Assembly: GCA_034211275.1 (NCBI GenBank)
Contig: JAXHTF010000008.1
Span: 10,431 to 74,430, forward strand
Source: Acidobacteriota bacterium
GTDB lineage: Bacteria > Acidobacteriota > Thermoanaerobaculia > Multivoradales > JAHZIX01
DNA: 64,000 bases
Reading direction: 5' to 3'
Of this stretch, positions 8,166 to 17,501 are shown one piece after another. The stretch's first letter is position 1, and every line of letters begins with the position of its first letter. The notes under the pieces are model-generated. The model had not been told where the DNA came from. It saw only the letters and a list, made by a program, of their open reading frames with translations, and ran no database searches. Both the position numbers and the translations under genes were made by a program.

Positions 8166-10440
8166 TCCCCCCGGGCCGGGTCGGCGGGCGGTGGAGCTCT
8201 CGGCCTTCACCGGCGAGGTGGCGGCGGAGCTCGAGATTCCGGATCTGGAAACCGAGGTCGCCCGCCTCACCGACCCCTCCGCTGCCGTCGAGACCCTCCA
8301 CTGGGGACGTAACTACCTCTACCGGGCGGTGCTGGAAACCGCTGCCGGCCCCCGGGACGCCCCGGTAGACGTCGTCGTCAAGCAATTTCGCACCCAGGGA
8401 CGTTTGGACGCCCTGCGGCGGCGCCTGCGGGGCAGCAAGGCGGCCCTCAGCTGGCAGATGGCCTGGCGCTTCCTCGACGCCGGGCTGCCCACCGCACCGC
8501 CGCTGCTGTGGCTCGAATCGAAGCGGCCCCAGGGCCCGTCGTTCTTCATCACCGCCTACCTGAAAGGCGTCACCGAGGCCCGCTATCTGCTGCGCGCCGC
8601 CAACGAGGGCCGCCTGGAGGAAGACTTCCCCCAGATCGACTTCCCGGGCTTCCTGGAGCGCCTGGGGCAGCTCCTGCGCCGCATGCACGAGGCGCAGATC
8701 TGGCATCGGGATCTATCCATCGGCAACGTCCTGCTGGCGCCGGTGGGGAATGTCCCGGATCCCGTCGTCCCGGAGCTTTACATCGTCGACCTCAACCGCG
8801 CCCGGGGTGGCCGCAAACTGACTTCGAGCGAGCGGGCCCGGGACCTCTGCCGCCTGGCCCTCTTCCGGCCGGAGCATCAGGAGGCCTTGCTGCGGGCCTA
8901 TTGGGGCCGCGAGCCCCACGGCTATGAGCGCCGGCTCTACCGCTTCTACCACCGCGGCTTCCTGCGCAAGATCGAGACCAAGAAGCAGATCCGCGGCGGT
9001 CTGCGGAGCTTCCGGGAGCTGTTCAAAGTACGCCGCCCCCACGCCCACATCCCCCAGGCGCCAGAGGGAGCGTCGGCGCGGGACAAAATCGTCTGGGATC
9101 ACCTCTCGGACCAACCCCACCAACACGCCAGCCGGCTGGAGAAGCTGCTGGTGCGGGCGACGGATCTCGGCGGGCATTTGGAGTCGGCGGCCACGGTGGC
9201 CTTGGCGGTGCCGCGCATCGGCATCCGGTATCGGCGGCTGAAGCGACAACTGCCGGAACCCTGGTCCGGGGCGCTGGAAGACCATCCGTCTCTGGGGGTG
9301 CCTTCGCCGGCCCCGGTTCTGGGAGAGCTCGGCATCGGCCTACGCCCGTACCCGGAGAACCCGGAAGCCCTGCTGGCGGCCATCGACGACCTGGGAGCCC
9401 GCAGCGCGCTGCTGCGCCTGCACCCGTGGCAGGACGAGCACGACGCCGAGGAGGAGCTGGCCCGAGAGCTCGCCGGCCGCGGCATCGAGCTCAGCTTCAG
9501 CCTGCCCCAGAACCGCCAGCTGGTCAAAGATCCGGAGCGCTGGCAGGCGTCCATCGAAGAGCTGGCGGAGCGCTTCCTGCCCTTCGGCCGCACCTTCCAG
9601 ATCGGCCAGGCCATCAACCGCAGCAAATGGGGCGTGTGGAATCCGCGGGAGTATGTCGAGCTGGCGGACCGCGCCGCCGAGGTCTTGCGCGCCCGCGGCG
9701 ACGTGCAGCTGCTGGGACCGGCGGTGATCGATTTCGAATACCACGCCACGGCCGCGATGCTCAATCTGCGCCGGCTGAAGATGAGCTTCGACGCCGTGGC
9801 GGCGCTGCTCTACGTTGACCGGCGAGGAGCTCCGGAGAACCTCCAGGCGGGGCTGGATACGGTGGGCAAGGTGGTACTGCTCAAAGCCATCGCCGAGACC
9901 GCCAAGAAGAGCTCCGGCCGCTGCTGGATCACCGAGGTCAACTGGCCGCTGTGGGAGGGACCCCACTCACCGGCGGGCAAAGACGTGTCGGTGGACGAGG
10001 AGTCCCAGGCGGATTATCTGGTGCGCTACGCCCTCCTCGCCCTCGGCACCGGAATGGTCGAGCGGGTCTTCTGGTGGCAGCTGGTGGCGCGGGGCTATGG
10101 CCTCGCCACCCCGGCAGAGGATGGCCTACGGCGGCGTCCGAGCTTTCAGGCCATGGCGACACTGCTGCGGGAGCTGCGGGGAGCGGGAATCCTCGGCCCC
10201 CTGACGGCAGCGGAGCCGGCGCGGCTCTATCTCTTCCAGCGGCAGGGCTTCGAGGATCCGGCGAAGGGACTGACGGTGGTGGGCTGGAGCACCGGTGAAG
10301 CCGTGGCGGTCCGCCCGGAAGCTCTGGCAGGACGAAGCTTCCAGCGGGTCGTGGAGCGCGACGGCGGGGAGAGCTCCCTGCCCGATAGCGGGGAGCTTCG
10401 CCTCACCGCCTCACCGCGCTACTTTCATCTCGCGGACTGA
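8146..10440 (+). CDS. lipopolysaccharide kinase (Kdo/WaaP family) domain fused to a C-terminal clan GH-A-like TIM-barrel domain
   Basis: N-terminal region carries Kdo/WaaP-kinase-like motifs (IWHRDLSIGNVLL catalytic loop, YIVDLNRAR). The C-terminal ~450 aa contains ITEVNWP ... FWWQL, similar to the LFTEIGY ... FWWKW pattern of the standalone hydrolase-like protein at 54747. The start overlaps the rng 3' end by 20 nt. Confidence 0.5.
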   Translation: MTSRSSNPPGPGRRAVELSAFTGEVAAELEIPDLETEVARLTDPSAAVETLHWGRNYLYRAVLETAAGPRDAPVDVVVKQFRTQGRLDALRRRLRGSKAALSWQMAWRFLDAGLPTAPPLLWLESKRPQGPSFFITAYLKGVTEARYLLRAANEGRLEEDFPQIDFPGFLERLGQLLRRMHEAQIWHRDLSIGNVLLAPVGNVPDPVVPELYIVDLNRARGGRKLTSSERARDLCRLALFRPEHQEALLRAYWGREPHGYERRLYRFYHRGFLRKIETKKQIRGGLRSFRELFKVRRPHAHIPQAPEGASARDKIVWDHLSDQPHQHASRLEKLLVRATDLGGHLESAATVALAVPRIGIRYRRLKRQLPEPWSGALEDHPSLGVPSPAPVLGELGIGLRPYPENPEALLAAIDDLGARSALLRLHPWQDEHDAEEELARELAGRGIELSFSLPQNRQLVKDPERWQASIEELAERFLPFGRTFQIGQAINRSKWGVWNPREYVELADRAAEVLRARGDVQLLGPAVIDFEYHATAAMLNLRRLKMSFDAVAALLYVDRRGAPENLQAGLDTVGKVVLLKAIAETAKKSSGRCWITEVNWPLWEGPHSPAGKDVSVDEESQADYLVRYALLALGTGMVERVFWWQLVARGYGLATPAEDGLRRRPSFQAMATLLRELRGAGILGPLTAAEPARLYLFQRQGFEDPAKGLTVVGWSTGEAVAVRPEALAGRSFQRVVERDGGESSLPDSGELRLTASPRYFHLAD

Positions 10441-10471
10441 TCCCGCGTCGCACCGGTTTCCCGTCGCACCT

Positions 10472-10795
10472 TCAGTCGAGGTCGAAGGGGCGCTCCGGCC
10501 GCTCGTCGTCCGGCGATTCGGCGGCGCGGCGCATGGCCTCCTTGAACTTCTCCTCCAGCAGCCGGTCGCGATCCTTCATCGCCGCCTTCTCTCGTTCGAA
10601 GAGCTGCTCCGCCCGAGCCTTCTGATCGTCCAGCCCCGCCAGCAGGCTGTCGAAGTCTTTGCCGCCGGCCAGCGGCTGGGGCGCCGGCTTGTGGAAGAGC
10701 ACCTCGCCGGTGGCGCGGTCCACCACCAGCTCGCCGGCGCAGCCGGGGCAGGTCACGGTGAGACGGTTCTGGTCCTGATGGTCTTGGTCGCCCAT
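10472..10795 (-). CDS. small hypothetical protein (single CPGC motif, acidic coiled-coil C-terminus)
   Basis: 107-aa ORF starting 9 nt after the stop of the YfhO-like gene on the same strand. Codon third positions are GC-biased like the neighbouring genes. No recognisable domain. Confidence 0.4.
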   Translation of the reverse strand: MGDQDHQDQNRLTVTCPGCAGELVVDRATGEVLFHKPAPQPLAGGKDFDSLLAGLDDQKARAEQLFEREKAAMKDRDRLLEEKFKEAMRRAAESPDDERPERPFDLD

Positions 10796-10804
10796 GGGGG
10801 GATT

Positions 10805-13492
10805 CTACTCCTCTCGCCGGCGAGGGGAAGCTGGAAATGGCGAGAGGGCCTTGGGCAGAGGACACAGGAAGAGCGCTGCCGCCGTCACCCCCAGCCCCGC
10901 CAGCAGGCAGCCCAGCAGGAATCCCGGAGGCCGGTAGAGAAGCTCTGCCCGCAGATCTGCAGTGGGCGGCCCCTCGGGCCACGGAACGGCCAGGAAGGGC
11001 CCCTGGGCGCGCTCCGTAGGCAGCCGCCCTCCCTTCGCCAAGACCCGCCAGCCGCCGCCGAAAGGGCCGCCGCGGTGGCGGTACAGCGCCGTGCGCAGCT
11101 CCAGCTCTGCATCGCCCGCCCGCCCGGGAGCGTGCTCCCCCACCAGCCCGGCATCCGCCGTGGCCGCCCGCAGGCTCCAGCGCTCCGGCTCGATCAACTC
11201 GAGCTTCGGCGGGACGAGAGGCCACGGTGTCTCTCCCTCCTGGTTGGGCTGGGTCCAATAGGCCAAGGGCAGCGCTCCCGGCCGCCGGTAGATCCAGCCC
11301 GCCGGATCCTCCAGCACCCGCTCCAGCGGCGGAGGCAGCTCGACCCCCGCATCCACCAACAGGTATTCCACTCCTAGGCGATCCCACAGAGGGCTCCGGG
11401 GATCTCCGTAACGGGGCACGTTGCGGCGCGGCTGCTCGACCAGGGGATCGGTGAAGCCGGCGTAGTCGGCGGGCTCCACCGGATTGTAGACGCGAGCATC
11501 GGCGAGACCGTAGAGCACCCCCAGATTGGGCGGCAGCGCACCGCCCAGGGCCGCCATGCGCGGACCGTCGGGCTCGACGACGCTCTCCAGGTACGCCAGC
11601 GGCGGTGACGGCGGGAAGGCTAGCCGAGGCGGCATGGGCGGGTTGACGTCCCGGTGCAGCAGCACCAGCTCCGCCGCGATGAGCACAGCCGCCGCCACCG
11701 GCAGCCAGCGGCGCATCCGGGCCAGACCGGGCACCCGCGGTCCAGGCCCCAGCGGTCCAAGCCCCAGCGGACCAAGCCCCAGCGTCCCGAGCACCATCAT
11801 CCCGAGGACCAGGACCCCGGCAACCAGGAAGCGCCCCTGCCAGTGTAGCCAGCCGATGCGCAACACCTCCAGTGCCCCCGGATCCCGAGGGTTGGCGTGG
11901 CCCAGATAAGCCCAGGCGATCACCGCGGCCAGCCCCAGGGCCATCAACATCAGTGCCGTCAACATCAGGGCCGTCAGCATCAGGGCCGTCAGGCTCGATG
12001 TCGCCAACCTAGGCCTCGCCACCCGGGACCGCCCGCCCCCGGTATCCTCCTCCCGGCCCCCGGACCAACGAGCCAAGGAACACGCGGCCAGGTACGCCAG
12101 GGCGAAATTCACCAGCAGCAGCAAGCGATGGTAGCCGTCGAGGGCCGGAGCCCCGAAGATCGGGACCGCCGCCAGGGGTCGCAACCACGGCGGCGGCAGA
12201 GCGAGAATCCCCAGCGACACCGCCAGGACGGCGAGCATCAGCCGCTCTTGGGGATAGCGCCGGGGATTCCCCAGCAGCCGTCTCATCCCCGGCACGGCCA
12301 GCAGCACCGCCCACAGGGCCGCCAGCAACGTCACCGTGCCGGGGAAGCCGCTGGCGTCTTCGTTGGAATTGGAGCGGCCCCAATAGACGGCATAGCGGCT
12401 GTTGCCGAAGACGTTGGGAGCTACCAGCGGCAGGAAGGTGCGGCGCCAGGAGTAGCCCTGGGGTGCCATGGCCTCGTCCGGCGGCTCGGAGGGGGGTTCT
12501 GAGACCACGGCGGGTTCTGAGACCACGGCGGCGGAGGGCGGGGCCGTGTCGCTCGCAGCAGCCCGCAGCACCTCGCTCCGCAGACTCTCGGGCAGATAGC
12601 GAGCGGTGGGCAGCAACACCGGCGCCGCCAGAGCTGCCGCCAGAACCAAGGAAACAACGCAGTCGAAAGCTAGCTCTCTCCGCCAGCCGGCCACCCGCCA
12701 CCGCGCGAGGAAAAAAACCAGCGCCAGACCACAAGCGTAGAGCACCGTCTCCGGGTGTCCGGAAAGCAACAACCCGAACCAGGCGACGGTGAGCAGGGCC
12801 CGGTCCCGGCGGCCGCCCGCTTCCAGCCGCAACACCCCATAGAGCACCACCGGCAGCCATGCCGCCGTATTGGCCAGAGGCCAGCCGAGCCAAAGTTGCA
12901 GAAAGGAGCCGAGGCCGTAGGCGACCGCCCCGGCAGTGGCGGGCCCTCGGCCCAATCCCTGCCGCGCCAGCAACAACCAGGTGAAAACCAGCGCCAGCAG
13001 CACCCGGGCGGCAGCGAGGAGGCCCGCGGCGGCGGTCACCGGCAACGGCAGCGCGAGCACCGCCAGGGGCTGCAGCACTTGCGCCTGGGGATCCGCCAGC
13101 AGCGGCATGCCGGCCCCTACCCACGGATTCCACAGCGGCCAGCGGCCGGCGGCCCACGCCTGGCGCACCAGTTCCCGGGACGGGGCCACCAGCTGCACCA
13201 GGTCTCCCTGCAACAAATTCCCGTGGGGATCGGTGGCAGCCAGCTGCCGAAACGGTGCCTCCCCCCGCAGCGAATCCAGCGGCAACAAGACCTCGCCGCC
13301 CACCAGCACCGGCCCGTAGAGCACCCCCAGCAAGACGGCGAAGAAAGCCCACACCCATGCCGGCAGCGGGTCGAACCAGCGCCGCAGCAAACGGTCCAGG
13401 AGCAGCCCGAAGAGGACGAGCAGAGCTCCGGGTAGTAGATCCGTCGGGCTCCAGGAAAGCATCCGGCGGAGTCTACAGCAGGCGCCCTCCAC
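10805..13492 (-). CDS. YfhO-like polytopic membrane protein (putative GT-C type glycosyltransferase)
   Basis: 895 aa with more than 10 predicted TM helices in the N-terminal half and a large C-terminal extracytoplasmic domain. Architecture and size fit the bacterial YfhO family. Contains two in-frame tandem-repeat tracts. Confidence 0.45.
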   Translation of the reverse strand: MEGACCRLRRMLSWSPTDLLPGALLVLFGLLLDRLLRRWFDPLPAWVWAFFAVLLGVLYGPVLVGGEVLLPLDSLRGEAPFRQLAATDPHGNLLQGDLVQLVAPSRELVRQAWAAGRWPLWNPWVGAGMPLLADPQAQVLQPLAVLALPLPVTAAAGLLAAARVLLALVFTWLLLARQGLGRGPATAGAVAYGLGSFLQLWLGWPLANTAAWLPVVLYGVLRLEAGGRRDRALLTVAWFGLLLSGHPETVLYACGLALVFFLARWRVAGWRRELAFDCVVSLVLAAALAAPVLLPTARYLPESLRSEVLRAAASDTAPPSAAVVSEPAVVSEPPSEPPDEAMAPQGYSWRRTFLPLVAPNVFGNSRYAVYWGRSNSNEDASGFPGTVTLLAALWAVLLAVPGMRRLLGNPRRYPQERLMLAVLAVSLGILALPPPWLRPLAAVPIFGAPALDGYHRLLLLVNFALAYLAACSLARWSGGREEDTGGGRSRVARPRLATSSLTALMLTALMLTALMLMALGLAAVIAWAYLGHANPRDPGALEVLRIGWLHWQGRFLVAGVLVLGMMVLGTLGLGPLGLGPLGPGPRVPGLARMRRWLPVAAAVLIAAELVLLHRDVNPPMPPRLAFPPSPPLAYLESVVEPDGPRMAALGGALPPNLGVLYGLADARVYNPVEPADYAGFTDPLVEQPRRNVPRYGDPRSPLWDRLGVEYLLVDAGVELPPPLERVLEDPAGWIYRRPGALPLAYWTQPNQEGETPWPLVPPKLELIEPERWSLRAATADAGLVGEHAPGRAGDAELELRTALYRHRGGPFGGGWRVLAKGGRLPTERAQGPFLAVPWPEGPPTADLRAELLYRPPGFLLGCLLAGLGVTAAALFLCPLPKALSPFPASPRRREE
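11739..11783. repeat. 3 x 15-bp in-frame tandem repeat encoding (LGLGP)n inside the YfhO-like gene
   Basis: Units GGTCCAGGCCCCAGC / GGTCCAAGCCCCAGC / GGACCAAGCCCCAGC read directly. The protein segment is GTLGLGPLGLGPLGPGP. Confidence 0.85.
11948..11992. repeat. 3 x 15-bp in-frame tandem repeat encoding (LTALM)n inside the YfhO-like gene
   Basis: Units CATCAGTGCCGTCAA / CATCAGGGCCGTCAG / CATCAGGGCCGTCAG read directly, plus a partial leading copy. The protein segment is LTALMLTALMLTALMLMALG. Confidence 0.85.
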
Positions 13493-13602
13493 GAGCCTCC
13501 GCGAAGCCTGGTCGCGCTTGACAGAGCCCCGGGGGTGGGTTACAAACCAAGGGGAGCTAAACGTAGTAAAATCTCGCGCTTAGGCTTTATGGGAGACGGA
13601 AA

Positions 13603-14814
13603 ATGAAGAGGACCAGGGGACGAGTCGTAGCACCGATAGTGGCGCTGCTGTTGGCCGTGCTGCTTTCGGTGGTGGCCTGCAGTGAGCAGGAGGCCGTCGT
13701 CTTCGGCATCGTATTGCCTCTCTCCGGCGAGTCGGCGATCTACGGCGAGCCGATCAAGAATGGCATCGAGCTCGCGCTGGAGCGCATCAAGGCCGAGAAT
13801 CCCAAGGAAGCCGCGGAGATTCAGTTGGACATCCGCGATAGCGAAAGCGACCCTGCACGGGCCCATGACCTAGCGGAAGAGCTGTACAGCGAAGGGGTTC
13901 GGGCGGTCATCGGCGGCATCACCACCCCCGAGGCCATGTCCATGGTGGAAGTCGCCGACCGCAACAATCGCGTGTTGGTCTCGCCCTCCGCTTCCGCCAC
14001 CGGCCTTACCGGCATTTCTCGCAACTTCTATCGCGTCTGGCCTTCCGACGCCCGCGAGGGCTCGAAGATGGGGCAATACGCCGCCCAGAATCTCAACCTC
14101 GAGACGGCGGCGATCCTGGCCGCCGACTCGCCCTACGCCGAAGGCATCCAGTCGGTGTTCACCGACTCCTTCGCCCAGAATGGCGGCGAAATCCTGGGGG
14201 AGGCCCTAGTCTACCCGCGCAACACTGCCGACCTGGACGCCCTCATCGAGCACGCCATCAACCTCAACCCCGATGCCATCTACGTCGCCGACTACGCCGA
14301 CGGCATCGTGCTGGCAATCCAGAAGCTCAAGGAGCAAGGCTACGACGGCAAGATTCTCACCGTCGCCGCCTTCGCCACCTCCCAAGCCATCGCCGCCGCC
14401 GGCCGCGATGCCGAGGGCGTCTTCGTCACCCACCCGCAATATTCGCCGGAAGACCAGACCAATGCCGAGGTGGCGCCCTTCGTCGCGTCCTATCGCGAGG
14501 CCCACGGAGAGACCCCCGGGCTCTACGCGGCCCACGGCTACGACGCGATGCTGGTGATGTTCTCCGCCATGCAGGAGGGCGGCGACCGCGGCAGTAGCTT
14601 CTGGAAGGGCATGCGCGGCATCCGCGGCCTGGTGGGAGTCACCGGTCCGCTGCAATTCGACGACAAGGGTGACGTGCAGAAGTGGCCCCGGGTCTACTTC
14701 CTGGTGGATGGCACGCTGGTGGACCACAGCGATTGGGTGGAGCAGCAGAAGGAAGAGCTGCGCGAGCGCATGGAAGAGCTGCGCCGCCGGCGGCAGCAGC
14801 TGCGAAACCAGTAA
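13603..14814 (+). CDS. type I periplasmic-binding-protein lipoprotein (Leu/Ile/Val-binding-protein-like) with charged coiled-coil tail
   Basis: Signal peptide with a lipobox-like VVAC. LivK/ANF-receptor-type fold features (VFGIVLPLSGESAIYGEPIKNG...). Unusual C-terminal tail EQQKEELRERMEELRRRRQQLRNQ. Confidence 0.6.
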   Translation: MKRTRGRVVAPIVALLLAVLLSVVACSEQEAVVFGIVLPLSGESAIYGEPIKNGIELALERIKAENPKEAAEIQLDIRDSESDPARAHDLAEELYSEGVRAVIGGITTPEAMSMVEVADRNNRVLVSPSASATGLTGISRNFYRVWPSDAREGSKMGQYAAQNLNLETAAILAADSPYAEGIQSVFTDSFAQNGGEILGEALVYPRNTADLDALIEHAINLNPDAIYVADYADGIVLAIQKLKEQGYDGKILTVAAFATSQAIAAAGRDAEGVFVTHPQYSPEDQTNAEVAPFVASYREAHGETPGLYAAHGYDAMLVMFSAMQEGGDRGSSFWKGMRGIRGLVGVTGPLQFDDKGDVQKWPRVYFLVDGTLVDHSDWVEQQKEELRERMEELRRRRQQLRNQ

Positions 14815-14890
14815 GAATCCGTCATCCCGGAGGGCCCGCCTCGGCGACGGGCCTTCTGTAGCCAGGCCGCCGAAGCAACCAGCTATCGCT

Positions 14891-15694
14891 ATGCTCACCG
14901 CCACCCAACGGGTGCTCCGCTTCCGCGGCCTGCTCATCACCCTCACCCAGCGGGAGCTCAAGGCGCGCTACCGAGGCTCCGCCCTGGGCTTCTTCTGGTC
15001 GCTGGTCAATCCGCTCATGCTCACCGGGGTTTACACCCTGGTCTTCGGTCTGATTCTCGCCCCCAGCCGGGGCACCGGGCCGGACCCCTATGCTCTCTTT
15101 CTCATCTCCGGCCTCTTCCCCTGGCTGTGGGTCGCCAGCTCCTTGCTCGAGGGCACGGTCTCGTTGGTGGCCAACTCCGGTCTGATCCGCAAGGCGGTAT
15201 TTCCGGTGGAGCTGCCGCCGCTGGTGGCGGTGATGGCCAATCTGGTGCATTTCCTGCTGGCAGTGCCCATCCTCCTCGCCGCCCTCCTGGCGGGGCACCT
15301 GATGGGCTATCCGGTGGGCGGTTGGGGCATCCTGCTGCTGCCGGTGGTGATCGCCATCCACCTGCCCATGGTGGCCGGTATCTCCCTCGCCCTGGCCGCC
15401 CTCAACGTGCTCTTCAAGGACGTGAGGGACCTGGTCTCCAACGCTCTCACCCTCCTCTTCTTTCTGGCCCCCATCATCTATCCCCTATCGTTCGTACCCA
15501 ACGAGCTGCTGCGCTGGGTGGTCCGGCTCAACCCCTTCGCTCCCTACGTGCTGGCCTATCAGACGACGCTCTTCGAGGGCGCCGTTCCCGAGCTGTCGCT
15601 GTGGCTGCAGATGGTCCTGGTGAGCCTGGCGTTCTGGGCCGCCGGCACTTGGCTCTTCGAGCGGCTGCGGGACGTCCTCGTCGAACTGGCATGA
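14891..15694 (+). CDS. ABC-2 type exporter permease (Wzm/TagG/KpsM-like)
   Basis: N-terminal RELKARYRGSALGFFWSLVNP signature of ABC-2 polysaccharide/teichoic-acid exporter permeases, with six TM helices. ATG at 14891 is in frame with the longer ORF. Confidence 0.7.
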   Translation: MLTATQRVLRFRGLLITLTQRELKARYRGSALGFFWSLVNPLMLTGVYTLVFGLILAPSRGTGPDPYALFLISGLFPWLWVASSLLEGTVSLVANSGLIRKAVFPVELPPLVAVMANLVHFLLAVPILLAALLAGHLMGYPVGGWGILLLPVVIAIHLPMVAGISLALAALNVLFKDVRDLVSNALTLLFFLAPIIYPLSFVPNELLRWVVRLNPFAPYVLAYQTTLFEGAVPELSLWLQMVLVSLAFWAAGTWLFERLRDVLVELA

Positions 15695-17043
15695 GTGGAG
15701 CTGGCATGAGTGACGTTGGCGCAAGGGGAGGCGACGTGAACGGCGAGGTGATTCGCGCCGAGGGGCTGTCCAAGGACTACCGCCGGATGGCCCCCGGGGC
15801 TCATTTGCGCACTCTCAAGAGCGCCCTCGTCCAGCGCAGCCTTACCCGCGGCCTGCGCAGCGACGAGGTGATCCCGGCGCTTCAGGACGTCTCCTTCAGC
15901 GTCGCCCGGGGCGAGGCCTTCGGGGTCATCGGGGGCAACGGATCGGGCAAGTCGACGCTGCTCAAGATGGTGGCGGGCATCCTGCGGCCGTCCTCCGGAG
16001 AGCTGGTGGTGGAGGGCCGGGTGGCCGCCCTCATCGAGCTCGGCGCCGGCTTCCATCCCGAGATCTCCGGACGCGAGAACGTCTACATCAACGGCGCCCT
16101 GCTGGGCCTCAGTCGCGACGAGATCGCCCGGCGCTACGACGACATCGTCGAGTTCTCCGGGCTGGCGGAGTTCATGGAAGAGCCGGTGAAGAATTACTCC
16201 TCGGGCATGTACGTGCGCCTGGGCTTCGCCATCGCCGTGCACACCGATCCGGAGGTGCTGCTGGTGGACGAGGTGCTCGCCGTGGGGGACGAGGCGTTCG
16301 CCCACCGCTGCATCCGGCGCATCGAGGAATTCCTGGCGGAGGGGCGTTCACTGCTTTTCGTCAGCCACAGCCTCGATCTGGTGGAGCGGCTCTGCGACCG
16401 GGTTCTCTGGCTCGACAAAGGGAAAGTCCAGGGAGTGGGCTCCCCACGCCGCATCATCGACGCCTACCGCCAGGCGGTAGCGGAGGAAGAGGGGCGCGGC
16501 CACCGGGAGGAGAAGGAAGAGCAGGAGCGGCGCCGAGACGAACGCGATCGCTGGGGGTCCGGCGAGGCGGAGATCACCGCCGTTCGGCTGCTCGACGCTC
16601 AGGGGGAAGAGCGCTACCACCTGGAAACCGGCTCGTCGGCGGTAGTGGAGATCGAGGCTACCGCCCAGCGCCCACTCAGCGATTTCGTCTTCGGCATCGC
16701 CGTCAACACCCCCCGGGGAATCGAGTGCTGGGGCACCAACACCGACCTCGAGGGTTTCGCCGCGGAACGCTTCGAGGGATCCGCCACGGTGCGGGTGCAC
16801 TTGCCAGCGCTACGCCTGGGCCCCGGCGAATACCTGCTGGATGTGGCCGTGCACTCGCGGGACGGCGCCCCCTACGACTATCGCCGCGGTGCCCTCACCT
16901 TCACCGTCACCAGCGAGCGCCGCGGTGTCGGGCTGTACTTTCCCCGCCACCGGTGGGAGATCACCGGCGGCGCGCTGGTGCAGCAGGAATCCAAAGTCTC
17001 GCAGGAAGACCCGCCGGCCTCCCGGGAGGGCACGAGCGAATGA
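15691..17043 (+). CDS. ABC exporter ATP-binding protein (Wzt/TagH-like) with C-terminal beta-sandwich substrate-binding domain
   Basis: ATGA overlap with the permease gene. Walker A GGNGSGKST, ABC signature YSSGM, Walker B LLVDE. An extra ~170-aa C-terminal domain as in Wzt O-antigen-binding domains. Confidence 0.75.
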   Translation: MSGAGMSDVGARGGDVNGEVIRAEGLSKDYRRMAPGAHLRTLKSALVQRSLTRGLRSDEVIPALQDVSFSVARGEAFGVIGGNGSGKSTLLKMVAGILRPSSGELVVEGRVAALIELGAGFHPEISGRENVYINGALLGLSRDEIARRYDDIVEFSGLAEFMEEPVKNYSSGMYVRLGFAIAVHTDPEVLLVDEVLAVGDEAFAHRCIRRIEEFLAEGRSLLFVSHSLDLVERLCDRVLWLDKGKVQGVGSPRRIIDAYRQAVAEEEGRGHREEKEEQERRRDERDRWGSGEAEITAVRLLDAQGEERYHLETGSSAVVEIEATAQRPLSDFVFGIAVNTPRGIECWGTNTDLEGFAAERFEGSATVRVHLPALRLGPGEYLLDVAVHSRDGAPYDYRRGALTFTVTSERRGVGLYFPRHRWEITGGALVQQESKVSQEDPPASREGTSE

Positions 17044-17130
17044 GATAGCATGGGGTTGGCAAACCCCGTCCAACCACCCTCGGCACCGTCGGCTTTTTCA
17101 TTTCGCCGGCGCAGACCGATGAGGAGTTCC

Positions 17131-17412
17131 ATGGCCGATCAGCAGCAGAGAATCAACATCAAGATCACCGACGAAGAGCTCGGTGGCCGTTACTCCAACC
17201 TCCTCCGCGTTACCCATACCCGAGAAGAGTTCATCCTCGATTTCATCAACCTGGTGCCGCCCCAAGGAGTGGTGACCGCGCGGGTGGTGACCAGCCCCGG
17301 CCACCTCAAGCGCATTCTCAAGGTGCTGGGAAGCACGCTGCAGCGATATGAAGAGGCCCACGGACCGGTGCAGGAAGCCGACGAACCGCCGGGGGCCGGC
17401 AACGTTCACTGA
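17131..17412 (+). CDS. DUF3467-like small protein
   Basis: MADQQQRINIKITDEELGGRYSNLLRVTHTREEFILDFINLVPPQG matches my memory of the DUF3467 family signature. GAGGAG ribosome-binding site lies 5 nt upstream of ATG 17131. Confidence 0.45.
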   Translation: MADQQQRINIKITDEELGGRYSNLLRVTHTREEFILDFINLVPPQGVVTARVVTSPGHLKRILKVLGSTLQRYEEAHGPVQEADEPPGAGNVH

Positions 17413-17501
17413 CCGAGTCGCGAAGCACCGGCCTCCCTGCGAACACGGCGGGCTCTGGCAACGAGGGCTCCGCCGACGGACCCATTTTCCAACTCCATCC
17501 C

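Noticed and set aside
11739-11992. Possibility that the short tandem repeats (here, 6589-6636, 26853-26912, 55485-55544) are a CRISPR array
   Set aside because: The units are 15-16 bp, directly abutting with no spacers, in frame within coding sequence (except the rng leader), and no cas genes are present.
10425-13435. Long ORFs 10425-11387 (-), 12009-13358 (-), 11897-12502 (+) and 12755-13435 (+) inside or antisense to the YfhO-like gene
   Set aside because: They are Arg/Gly/Pro-rich translations characteristic of off-frame GC-rich sequence. The 10805-13492 frame alone gives a coherent multi-TM protein.
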